Assembly (NCBI GenBank): GCA_976551045.1
Contig: CDPCPM010000115.1
Location: forward strand, 3,968,001-4,032,000
Reading direction: 5' to 3'
Length of the DNA stretch: 64,000 nucleotides
Source of the DNA: Glaucostegus cemiculus
Taxonomy: Eukaryota
Of the stretch, positions 40,150 to 52,006 are shown one piece after another (position 1 is the stretch's first letter; the number at the start of each line of letters is the position of its first letter). Below the pieces are notes generated by a model. The model ran no database searches, was not told where the DNA came from, and worked only from the letters and a program-made list of their open reading frames with translations. Position numbers and translations under genes: made by a program.

Positions 40150-41000
40150 ACAGCAACCCAAGTCACTTTAGTTACCATGAATTTAAGAGCAATTCTCTAT
40201 GCAAGCACATTAATTCCCTCATTAATGGAAGAAAACTCAATACCCACATCCCCTCAACCCATAAACATGTCTGGCAAGAACACATGTTGACCCTGCTTAC
40301 ATTTTGCCTGGTCTAAGTACTCTTTTTGTATTTCTCCATCTGCATTCTATTTTCCACAAAGTCCATGCTATCTTGCCGTGGCTAACACATTGTCATTTAT
40401 GGAACAAACTGATGTCAAATTTAAGACATCCTTTCAAGCATCCTAATCAATCCAGAATTTTGTAGTTCATCCCACAAAAATTCCATCCAAGTTTTATGCA
40501 ACATTCCCTATTGAAATCTGGTCTACATTTACTTTCTGGGAATCCTGCCATCATCTATCCCACTTTACCACAATTTCTACATAATTTCAGCACACCCATA
40601 ATAAATCATAAAAATCTGTTGGGATCCCAAACCACTGCTACTGACCAGTAGATACTCCCGACTTGTGGACTTGCCAGATTTGGCATTAAATGTCTCTATC
40701 TTATACCCTTCTGCTTTATTCTCAACTATTGTCAGAAGTTGTGATATACTGGCTGTCCCTACGATTGTCACAAATGACTCCATTATGAAGTTGGATTTCT
40801 ACTTGATATTACTTTTAAATATTTGAGTAATGCATTTCTTTCTATCATAGGTTGCTTGAGATTAGAGTTCATTTTGAACATAGAGTATTAAATGCCTTTA
40901 TCTTCCAGGATTTAATTAAGATTTGAATCCACACAAAAACTGAAAAGTTCTAAATAACAGCTATGAAGTGCCATGTCTCCTTAATTTTGTTTTTGAATTG
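40150..41000 (-). mobile_element. Very old CR1/L2-group RT relic
   Basis: ORF 40577-40783 has SSGLGSQQIFMIY, resembling GSVLGPxLFxIY; a WMEF-like motif lies downstream. Confidence 0.4.
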
Positions 41001-42949
41001 AATGATTGAGCTCCTGAAATTTTGAAACTGGTCTTCTAAGATTTTAATTAGAAGAGAAACTAGTTTTGTATTTATTTCATAAATGCCCATCGCAGCCTAC
41101 AGGCTGATAATTTCCTCAGTGCCTCACCCTGAATGATTCAGAGCATAATAATGTACGACTTATGGTGTGTGGTCAATCAGTTATATAATTAGACATTTAA
41201 TCATTACAATCTGGCCATGTATCATTTGATATTCCTAATCTTCTGATTCCATTTATGATAACTTTATCAAATCTGTCAAATTCTGATTTAGTTGTGATTA
41301 ATAAGCCAATGTGTTGATGCTTTATGAAAGAGTTTTATTTTTTAGATAGGAGTTAGTACCATCAAAAACCACCATGAATCAACTCTTTGAGGAAAGTAGT
41401 TGTAAAAACTGGAAGGAAAAAACATACATAAATACTCTTTTCCACTGGTTTCAATACCCTTACACTATATATTAAAACCTATTACTCATAATTCCCAGAG
41501 CCACAGTTTATGCTCATTTTTCTGTTTCCACAGCAACTTGTTTCAACCAGTCATAATACAGGAATTGATTAGGTTCAGAATCATAGTCATAAATTCCACA
41601 CATGCACCAAACATTATAATTCAATAATTTTCCAATAATTGTCAGAGCTCCCCACCAAAAAATATGAATGAAGGCTTGCAATAATTACCCCAAGTATTTT
41701 ATTAAGTACAAAAAACTGAAGTGCAATAGCAGGAATTGCCACGGGATCCAGAAATCTAGAGTACCAAAGACAACTATTCATGTCCAGCTATCAATAATCA
41801 GAGCAAGACCAACAAAAATATAGAACAATCTGGACAATAATCAGGAACAGCACTGCAATATTTGTGGCAAGGACATGGGCTACACAACAATACAATTTTC
41901 AATATTATACTAGCTATATAACAACTGAGTAATTCATTAAATAATTTGATCAAGTAATCACAGTATAAATATAACTATTGCCATCTACAATGCAGGCTCA
42001 TATAATATCCATCAATCAAGATGTAAGCTGCAAGACAATGAGAATCTGTACCCAAATCCAGCATTCAACAACACCCTTCATGATTTTCAGTTTCACTGCA
42101 TGCTCCTCTCATCTTCATTGTTAAAGGCCCCACTCATTTCAAATAGACATCGTTACCAACAAAAATTAAACATGACCTTACTTGCATTATATCTGTAAAC
42201 ACAATAGTTCTCAGAGTTAAGCAGGAAACCTTTGGGTAAGGTAATTCATACATTTGAAGTAATACATCTTCCCCTTCCTCAAGGACAGAGGGATGTGGTG
42301 CCGACCAGACTGTTTGACTTAATTCCAATTAACATTGGATCACCTTACCCAACAAAACTCATTTTTTGATTGCAAATTAATAAGGTAAACTTTGTTAACT
42401 TTTCTAACGATACTAAATCTGGGCCATAAAGTGTTTCATATCAACTACTGAATTAGCCAAATTCAGCAAAATAAGTTTGAGTATGGAGCTGTTGATAAGC
42501 AATTTAAAAATATCATGGGTTGAAATATTAGTAACAGCATGGTTACTTCTCATGATTGGTTGGCAATTAATTCTTTCCATAAAAGCAGGCTCTAAAATAA
42601 ATAGTTCTGAGCTTGAGCTAGCTTCAAAGGTTGCTGATAAACACATGCTCTACCACTTAATCAATTGCAATTCCTGCTTAAATGGAGGAAACAGAGGCAC
42701 CAGAAACTACTTTTTAAGTCTAATTAGTTATGCAGCCCTGGATTTTGCTCTCAGTAATAAAGAAAACAACTTGCTATTTACCTCACTGATGATTGTCCAG
42801 TCTTTACACAGTCAGTAGGGATTACTTTATATCTGGCCACTTTGCCACCCTCCACACAGGATCTGCACCATCTGTAAATAGGGCAAGCAACAGCAGAAAC
42901 CTTCAACTGATCAAAAACTGAAAAGAATCCACTTCAAAAAAGTGCACAT

Positions 42950-43715
42950 CAAGTTCAAGTTACTTTGTCATTCACCCATATGCTAAAAAGGAACAAAATG
43001 TCATTTCCCCCAGACTCTGAGGACATACATAGAACAGAAGACATACAATAATAAACACAGACAAAACATGTGCAAGTACAAATAGTGCAAAAAACAGTAT
43101 ACACAGAAATACAGTTTTAGTGCAAAACCAAGTTGGACAAAGAAAATATAGAACACTAATATGTTACACTAATTGTATAAACACATTCAGCAGCAGCCAA
43201 AGTTCTTATATGCTGCTGTGCAAACCAGGGCTTTTGACATGACTTTTGTTTGAAACTGTCTCCAGGGTATTCAGGAGTCAGACAGCCTGGGGGAATAAAT
43301 AACTATTATACAGTCTAGTAGTTCTGGCCCAGATGCTCTGGTACCACTTGCCAGAGTGCAGTGGGACAAATAGGTCATGGGAGGGATGAGAAGGGTCACC
43401 TATGATTCTGCAGACCTTGCATGTGCAAGGTGTGTTGTAGATATCCAGGATGGAGGGAAGAGGTACTCCAATGATCCTTCCAGCTGTACTTACAATTCTC
43501 TGCAGACTGATGCTCAGAGATGTTACTGTACCAGGCAGAGATGTAGCTGGTCAGGACACTCCAAATGGTTCCCTTATAGAACATGGCAAGGGTAGGTTTG
43601 CTCTCTTCAGCTGCCTTAAACATGGGAGACACTGCTCTGCCTTCTTGGTGAGAGAAGAGATGTTGGTCGACCAGGACAGGTCATCTGCTATATGTATTCC
43701 CAAGAACTTATAACA
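42950..43715 (-). mobile_element. Rex1/Babar LINE 3' part
   Basis: Minus reading SWSTNISSLTKKAEQCL..LRQLKRA and FYKGTIWSVLTSYISAWY; short-repeat tail cttgaacttga. Confidence 0.8.
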
Positions 43716-44039
43716 GTGACTTATTGTAATAAAAACTTATAGATATTTTACCCATTAAACATAAGAATATAATACTGTTTCATTCACTTTCCTTTAATAC
43801 CACATGTGGCTTTCAAAATGACTATTGGTCTATTGACCAATTCACTTCTGCATAGAACCCTCTAATCAGTAGGCATGATAGTTATGACCTAATAAATGAC
43901 CCCAATTTTAATGTTGTAATTTTGAATATGCATGTCCTGTTATTAACAATTTAGTTACACTTAACAGAAAACAAGTTGATGCATCTTCTAAATCTGTTAA
44001 TTAAAAAAAAATCAGAATTTACCAAGTACTACAAGGGTC

Positions 44040-44345
44040 AAGGATGGCACTGGGGTGCTGTTAGTAGATCTGCTACTTTACAGCTCCAGGGTTTCAGGTT
44101 TAATCCTGGTCTCTGGGGCTTGCACATTTTCCTTGTGACTGTAGGTTTCCCCTGGGTGGTCTGATTTCCTCCTACATCAAAGGTGTGCAGATTGGTACAT
44201 TAATTGGCCACTGCAATTTGCCTCAGGTGTGTAGTGAATAGTAGACATTGGGAAGAGTTGATTGGAACGTTGATTGGATTAGTGTAGTTTCAGTACAAAG
44301 GGGTAGTTGATGGTTAATGCAGACTCATGCACAGAAGTCTGGTCT
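44040..44345 (+). mobile_element. HE1/V-SINE-type copy, decayed
   Basis: caggtttaatcc B-box-like; ggtttcccctgggtggtctgatttcctcctacatcaaag; taattggccactg. Confidence 0.75.
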
Positions 44346-45345
44346 CCATTTGTCTTGGGCCTCTTGCCATGAGATCAAGATCTTGCTCTGTTAAGTCTGT
44401 GTGGCAGCTGATGTGTAACAGCAGCACAATGAAAGGAACCATGCACAGGCAACATTCACACCACAGTATGAAGCTTGGGACCTGGAATATCCAAGTGCAC
44501 ATGGTTAATTCAGGCACGATAGCGTAGCGGTTAGCGCGACACCGTTACAGCGCCAGCGACCGGGGTTTGATTCCCGTCGCTGTCTGTAAGGAGTCTGTAC
44601 GTTCCCCCACCCCCCACCCCCCGTGTCTGCGTGGGTTTCCTCCCACATTCTGAAAGACGTACGGGTAGGTTAATGGCTGCTCTGCTTGAGCCTTACTTCT
44701 TTTTATTGGCTGCTGTTAACTAACCAATGAACCTATCAACCATTAACAACTCACAAATGTGCCTTGTTTAGCCTCCTGCAAGGTGAAACTCCCATGCGTG
44801 AGCACAGAGATTCATCTCTTTTCAAATCTCCCATTCCCAAAAAAAAACTAGCTCGGGAACTCATATCCTTTGACGTGGATGTCGCTGCACTGTATGACCA
44901 GTGAGAGAAAGATGGTGGGTGTACCTTTCTCAGGAGGGACTTCACAAAGTGAGCCACTTTCTGTGTCTCAGCAACTCACGCTGCAGAATTAGCAAATGCC
45001 TTATCACCTTTTGGCTGTGCTCTAACACGGAACCAACATGCCACAGTCATCGATGGATGTGCCTTGACTTTAGAAAATATCCTGGTCTACCTCCCACTCG
45101 CAAAAAAAAGACAAGCTGATTCTCTGAGGTGGGAGGAACATGCCCTACTCCCTGGCAAGACATGATAGGCAAGAAAGGAGCAGGGAAGTCTGACTCCAAG
45201 ACAAACTACAAGGAGCACAGCCTTGTCATTGTACCAGTCCTATTTGTGGAAGTGTTTGCATTTTCCATCAGCCACTTAATGCCCCACGAAACCGTTTTGG
45301 AAGTGGGTACTCCTTGTTATGTTTTTTCTTCATCGAGAGACAAAC
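44345..45345 (+). mobile_element. Internally deleted RTE-clade LINE relic, interrupted by a SINE
   Basis: MKLGTWNI at 44468; ARELISFDVDVAAL...GGCTF at about 44851; ISKCLITFWL and RNQHATVI at about 44985-45050 (RTE endonuclease); C-terminal CPICGSVC near 45230. Confidence 0.65.
44513..44674 (+). mobile_element. Young V-SINE-type SINE, 3' part missing
   Basis: CpG-intact tRNA-like head ggcacgatagcgtagcggttagcgcgac...ggtttgattcc; V-domain gcgtgggtttcctcccacattc. Confidence 0.85.
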
Positions 45346-45816
45346 TTCGTGTGGGTTTAACATCTGAACATTTATTAAAGCAACAACTACAGACAGGCTG
45401 GCTTGCTCTCCTGCTCTTTCACAGCCACTTCCTGTTCCCCCATGTGACCCCTTGCATTGCCTACTAGGATCTGTCATCCTTTATTACAACTACATAACGA
45501 CACATAATAACACACTCCTTGCTCCCAAGAAGCTGCATGGAGAGTAGCTGCTGTGTTTCTGATGCTTCAGAAAGATTTAATTGGCTGCAACTTGAGGATG
45601 TGAAAGGTAACATAGAAATATAGTTCTATTTTGTTTATTATACTTCTGCTCAGGAGCATCTTGGTTTCTGGAGCCGAGTGTCTCCCCAGCTGCTCATAGC
45701 ACATAGTGGGCTCTTCTTGCACTACTCTTGAAGTCCCTCCTGAGAAAGGTACACCCACCATTTTTCTCTAACTGGTTGCACAGTGTAGCGACATCCATGT
45801 CAAAGGATCTGAGTTC
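44857..45816. repeat. 88-bp inverted repeat: arms 44857-44944 and 45729-45816, 784-bp spacer
   Basis: Manual alignment gives 80/88 identical, no indels, inner 33 bp perfect (atggtgggtgtacctttctcaggagggacttca). Confidence 0.95.
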
Positions 45817-46639
45817 ATGGCCGAATTAACAGAAGGTTAATGAGGGCAACTATACATGCTGGTGACTGGGCCATTCCGGAGCAGAGGCCAGATCCAGACC
45901 TCCAGCTCAGCCGAGTGCTGGCCACAGGTCACTATCGCTTTTCTGGTGGGAGAAACTGGGATCCAGCCGGGCATCTCTGACTCCCTGCTCATGGGCCAGG
46001 ACTCCCGCTCCCCATCCTTGGCATACGCCCAGCATGGAAAGCAATGGGGGAGATCCATGGTCACAAGAAAGTTAAGTAATTACTTGATTTAACTAAGTTA
46101 GTTCAAAAGTTTTGTAATCGTGTTTAACCACTTAAATATATAATATTAATTTTTACAACGTTTTATTCTTAACAGGTTGCAGGTGATTTTGAAAGTTTGT
46201 GCTTGTCAAAAACAGCCACAATATTCTTATTGAATGGCAGCATTGACAGCCAGTGAGGCGTGTGGTCAGTACAGCCAGCCACTTGGGCTGGGTGAGGTGC
46301 TGTTCTACCTTGGGAGTGGCCTCCAAATGGACGACTATTCACGGGTCCACGGCGGAAGAAGCAGCTTGATCCAGAGTGCGAGCTACCAGCGGTCTTGGAG
46401 CAGTCGAAGTTCTAGGCCAATATTCCTGTCGTCAGAAAGCCTAGGTAAGAGATGTGGGAGTATCACTTCATTTAAGCGGAAGCTCAGATTTCAAACATCG
46501 TGTGGGGTAATGTGACACCTCCCCAATTTCTTATTTCCAAGTTCTACCAATATAGCCTCCAGATGTTTTCTTCTGAAATATTCTAAGTACTGCCTTGATT
46601 AAATATCTGATTTACCAGAGGTCTCGAAAATAGCCAATA

Positions 46640-46930
46640 GGCACAGTGGTGTAGTGGTTAACATAATGTTTTACAGCGCCATTGACCTGGGTTCAATTCC
46701 CGCCACTGTCTGTAAGCAGTTTCTACGTTCTTCCTGTGACTGCGTGGGTTTGCTTCGGGTGCTCCAGTTTCCTCCCACCTTCCAAAGATGTACAGGTTAG
46801 GAAGTTGTGGGCATGCTAAGTTGGCACTGGAAGTGTGGCAACACCTGTGGGCTGCCCCCAGAATACTACGCAAAATATGCATTTCGCTGTGTGTTTTGGT
46901 GTACATGTGACTAATAAAGATATCTTATTA
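46640..46930 (+). mobile_element. Full-length V-SINE-type SINE with non-CR1 tail
   Basis: A box tggtgtagtgg, B box ggttcaattcc (46690-46700), V-domain, tail atttcgctgtgtgttttggtgtacatgtgactaataaa. Confidence 0.88.
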
Positions 46931-46934
46931 ATGT

Positions 46935-49130
46935 ACCTCCCTTGTTCAAAAAGGGCAGAACACAGAAGGTGGGCAGCTATAGGCTGGTCAGTTTAACAAC
47001 TTTTGTCAAAAGACTAGAGTCAATAGTCAAAGAAGAAATGGCCATTTAGGATTGCTGGATATAATCAAACCTAATCAATATAGTTTTATGAAAGGTAAAT
47101 CATATTTGGCAAATTTTTTTGAATCCTTTGAGGGTATGACCAGAAGAGTAGGTAGAGGGGAACCAGTAGATGCAGTATATTTAGATTTCCAAAAGGCATT
47201 TGACAGGGCAAGAGGTTGGCGCATAAATTAAGAACCCAAGGTATTGAAGGAAGTGTGTGAGCGTGGATTGAAAACTGGCTGTCACACGGAAAACAGAGTT
47301 GGAATAACTGGGTCCTTTTCAGGATCGAAGGATGTAGTTAGTGGAGTACTGCAGGGATCGGTTCTTGACCCTCAATTGTTTATTATTTACATTAAGCATC
47401 GGGAAAAGAGAACAAAATGTAAGGTTTTCAAGTTTGCCAATAATATAAAAATGGGTAGAAGGTCATGTTGTGATGAGGACATTGTGATTCTAAAACGGTA
47501 TACTGTATAGTGTACAGTTTTGGTCATCCTGTTATCGGAAAGACATCGTCAAGCTGAAGAGAGTAGAGACTTACAAGGATGTTGCCAGGACTGGAGTTCC
47601 TGAGTTATAGGGTGAGGTTGGCCATGCTGGATCTTTATTCCCTGGAGTTAAGAGAATGAGGGGTGACCGCATCGAAGTTTAAAAAGTCATGAGGGGTATG
47701 GATAAGGTGGACGGTCATAGTCATTGCCCCTTCTCAATACTACCTTCAGGGAGAAGGTACAGGAGCCTGAAGACCCACACTCATTGATTTCAGAACAGCT
47801 TCTTCCACTCTGCCATCAGATTTCTGAACAGTCCATGAACCCATGAACAATACTTCTTAATTCCTTTTGTTTTGCACTATTTATTTATTTTGTAATTTAT
47901 AGTAATTTCATGTCTTTGTACTGTACTACTGCTGTAAAACTACAAATTTCATGACATATACAGTAAGTCTGTGATAATAAAACTGATTCTGATTTCTTTT
48001 CCCCAGAGCTGGGGAGTCCGTAACTAGAGGGCACAGATACAAGATAAACGGGGAGAGATTTAAAAGAGACCAGATAGGTAATTTGTTAACACAGATGATA
48101 GTAGGTACCTGGAATGAGCTGCCAGAGGAAATAGTTGAGGTGGGTACAACTGCAACATTTAAGAGGCTTTTGGGTAGGTACATAGAGGGGAGGAGTTTGG
48201 AGGGTTATGGGCCAAAAGCAGGCAACTAGCAGTGAGGTTGCTATGGTCAGCATGGACCAGTCAGGCTGAATGGCTTGTTTCCATGCGATATGACCCTATG
48301 ACATAGATCAATTGAGTACTTGGGTGAAAACTTAGCAAATTAAGTTTAATGTGCAGAACTTGTTGTGACAAGGACAAGTGTCATGCACTTCATTAAGAGG
48401 AATCAAAAGGCAGATTGTTGTCTAAATGGAGTGAGACTGCAAATGAATGAAGTTCAGGAGGATCTAAACGTTCTACTGCGTGAATCACAGGCAGGTCCAA
48501 CAAGTAGTTAAGAAGGCAAATGGCATCTTGTCCATTATTGTGAAGGGTTTGGAGTTTAAGAGCAGGAAGGTTTTGCTCCTGTTGTACAGGATTTTGTTGG
48601 GGCCACACTTGGAATACTGTGCGCAGTTTTGGTCCCCTTACCTAAAAAAGGATATAGTAACACTGGAGGGGAGTTGAAAGAAGACTTACCAGGTTAATTC
48701 CTGAAACAAGAGGGCTGTCCTATCAAGAGAGGCTAGACAGTTTGGTTCTGTTTTCCTTGGAGCTTAGAAGAACAAGGTGAGCTTATTCAAACATATGAGA
48801 TCCTAAGGGGGTTTGACATGGTAAATGTTGAGATGTTTTCACGAGTGGGAGACATAGCTACAAAATAAGGGGCTGGTCATTTAAAACTGAATAGACATTT
48901 CTTCTCTCGGAGAGAGCAAATCTCTGGAATTTTTTGCCCCGAGGGCAATGGTGGTCAGATCATTTAATATATTTACCCTGATGATAAGTATTTGAAAGAT
49001 TGAGGAATTGAAGGTTATGGGGAGCTGGCTATGAGGCCAGCATAGATCAGCCATGATCATATTGAATAGTGGGACAGGTTTGAGGGGCCGGGTGGCCTGC
49101 TCCTGCTCCTTTTTCTTGGGTTCTTCTGTG
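46935..49130 (+). mobile_element. Old CR1 (46935-47504 and 48302-49130) containing a younger CR1 3' fragment (about 47505-48301)
   Basis: SGVLQGSVLDPQLFIIY and FANN before the break; LLGPHLEYCAQFWSPY after it; the inner copy has its own CR1 tail. Confidence 0.85.
47723..47994 (+). mobile_element. Rex/Babar LINE 3' end nested in the inner CR1
   Basis: LPSGRRYRSLKTHT..FQNSFFHSAIRFLN; tail aataaaactgattctgatt. Confidence 0.8.
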
Positions 49131-49380
49131 CTCTGTTTCCTCTGCTCAGTTAGTTTGAGGTCGGCCTCACTTAACTCATGTTTTGTTGCTCCCTACAATG
49201 CCTTTGGCCTTCTCTAATTGTTCTTGCTGAATCTTGTGCTTCAAGGCATCCTTGAAAAGGGGGACAAAATCAAACAACATTTTGATGTATCCATTTTGTA
49301 AATGTTAATTGTCGTTGCTTCAGAGTCATTGAGGAAAAAAACTGTTTTAACTGACAGTACTGAATATCACAGCCATAATA

Positions 49381-49665
49381 TATTTATTTATTAGTCATTG
49401 AAACACACTGAAGTGCATCTTTTTGTGTTACTGAGAATGTGCTGGGGGCAGCCCGAACATGTTGCCACTCTTCCGGCGCCAACATGGCATGCCCACAGCT
49501 CCTAACCTGTACGTCTTTGGAATGTGGGAGGAAACCGGAGCACCCGGAGGAAACCCACACAGACACGGGAGGACGTACAAACTCCTTACAGTCAGCAGTG
49601 GAAATTGATCCCGAGTTGCTGGCACTGTAATAGCATTACACTAACCGCTACGCTGCCATGCCACC
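49381..49665 (-). mobile_element. Full-length V-SINE-type SINE, same subfamily as 46640-46930
   Basis: The reverse complement has the same head, V-domain, gggcatgc..gttggc...gggctgccccca body and gactaataaa tail. Confidence 0.88.
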
Positions 49666-51540
49666 CGACACTACCGCGATGTGACAAGGACAAGTGAAAC
49701 ACAGCAAAGTTTCTTGGACTTCACCAGCACATGAGCAGTATTTATTCCAGAAGTTCTCTGGGAACTTCCCTGAAGTGCTAGAATTTTCCCATTCAACTTT
49801 ATTGGATAGCTATAAGAGTGTTGAGAAGGAAGAGAGTGCTTGGCCAATTGGGGCAGCTTTGCTAAGTGTCTTCCTTGATCTGGATGAGGAATGAGAGGAG
49901 GGCATAGAGGAAAGGCAGAGCAAGAGAGAGGAATATGAGTGTTAAAAGGGCTGCATGGCATCCTTTCCTGAAATTGGTTGACCAGAATGAGAATGGATGA
50001 GGGACTAGGCTGTCACCAGGAAACTCAGGGAATGAACAAGGGAAGAGCCTGTCCCCAGGATGCCCAGGAATGAGTGCGGGATGAGCTTGTCACCACAATC
50101 CCTGGGAATGATCTTCTGGATGTCAAGTCACTACATGGGGACTGGGTTGGCATGTGAGAACAGTTGGGGAAATGATATCTGAATGATATCTTTGGGACTT
50201 TGTGTGGCTGTGTTAAAGGTTCCTGAAGCTATTTAACTTGTGTCTAATAAAATGACCCATGATGCTATTGGATAGGTATGCCTTTATTTTAGCAGGCTGC
50301 TGTCAGATCCTGCTTCCATTTTATGCTGACTGCTAAAACTGTTTTTTATGTATTTGGAATAAAGCAATGCACTGTACATCCAAGATGGATGAGCTCCCTT
50401 AGCAATTTGGCTTACAAGTTAACCAGCTTGGACCCTTGTATGTACTGAATTTTTTTCAAATGCACATGTTGGGTAATCTGAAATTGGACTTGAAGACAGC
50501 ATTTTTCTCAGTCCAGTCACCTCGGGCAACAATTTTGACATGATGCTCAAATTTTGGACTCGAAGGAAATGCGTTAAAACTTTAAATACAATAAATATCA
50601 GATATCAGCATCTAGTCCTTCCACTCTTGTGAGTTAGGTACTCGTGTATATTGAAGGAAACATGTTATTTTCTAGACTGTAAGCATTTAGATTAACACTT
50701 GTGTTGACTATCACTTACAGAAAAATTAAAACCATCACAAATAATAGGTATATGTATACCTTCACTAGTAATGCATAAGGGACTGAATCTCTAACATTAA
50801 CTTAGAGGGTGAATACTTTTGCAATATACTACCCAACTTGGAGGTAATTCTAATCTGCCTTTGGATCTCCTTCATGGTCTCACCTGGGTTTCACCACTCG
50901 TGCTCTTTGCAGCTATTCTTGTGATTTTTAAGGTTCCTTTGACTAAGTCACTTTCCTCTCATTTGTTCCTTGCTCGTTTTCCTCTCTGGCATTTATTTTT
51001 ATCCCGAGCATTTCTTTTCCCTTCTAACAGAACGTTCCATCTCTCAATTGGATCAACATGCTCATGGACCCCACCCTTCCCTTCTTTTTAGTCTGCCCTC
51101 ACTCAGTTTTTGGCTCCACAGTGAACAGTGTGAATAGTTTCTTTGTCAGTCAACATGATGGCTTGGCATTGCATTGGAATGACTAAGGGAAGTATGTGCA
51201 GGAAAAAAAAGGACCTAAAAATTGGCCCTGCTGAAGTTTGGAGCTCATTATTCTGAGAAGCGGGTGTTGGAATGTCAAGCTGATCATTTGCAAATGTAGG
51301 GTTGAAGAGGGGCAATCAGGCCAAGGAAACTAGCAGTACAGGGTTAATCTGCATACTGTGTGATAGCAGCATATTTAGCTATTTTCAGGTGTGCAAGCAC
51401 ATGCTGAGGTGCCTGCCTTAACAATGTGTTTGGGAGATGAATGATACTTTCCGCTATGAGGTGAAGCTGTCTCTGTCAGGTTACAAAAGGCTGCATTCCA
51501 AAATTTGCATTCAGGATAACAGGATAGAACAAAGAAAGAG

Positions 51541-52006
51541 ACCACCCCCATCCCCCCATCCCCCCATCCCCCCATCCCCCCATCCCCCATCCCCCCCACC
51601 ATCCCCCATCTTCCCCCATCTTCCCCCATCCCCCCATCTTCCCCCATCCCCCCATCTTCCCCCATTCCCCATCTTCCCCCATTCCCCATCTTCCCCTATC
51701 CCCCATCTTCCCCCATCTTTCACCCCATCCCCCCATCTTTCACCCCATCCCCCCATCTTTCACCCCATCCCCCCATCTTTCCCCATCCCCATCTTTCCCC
51801 CATCCCCCACATTTCCCCCATCCCCCCATCCCCCCACATCTTCCCCCATCCCCCCACATTTACCCCATCCCTCATCCCCCATCCCCCCACATCTTCCCCC
51901 ATCCCCCCACATCTTCCCCCATCCTCCCCATCTTCCCCCATCCTCCCCATCTTTCCCCATCCCCCATCTTTCCCCCATCCCCCCATCTTTCCCCCCATCC
52001 CCCCCA
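51541..52006. repeat. 466-nt C-rich simple-repeat tract (CCCC(C)AT / CCCCATCTT units) with no G on the plus strand
   Basis: Seen directly; includes 3.5 perfect copies of the 20-mer ccccatctttcaccccatcc at 51711-51780. Confidence 0.97.

Noticed and set aside
44513-44590. tRNA gene
   Set aside because: The A/B boxes run directly into the V-SINE body seen many times in the window, so this is a SINE head; the same applies at 46640 and 49600.
44503-44674. ggttaat as a TSD around the SINE
   Set aside because: The right-hand copy probably belongs to the SINE body after gtacgggta, and the SINE lacks its tail, so a TSD cannot be claimed.
44857-45816. MITE or DNA transposon with 88-bp TIRs
   Set aside because: There is no TSD or recognisable transposon terminus, and the arm is internal RTE endonuclease sequence collinear with RTE motifs on both sides of the left arm.
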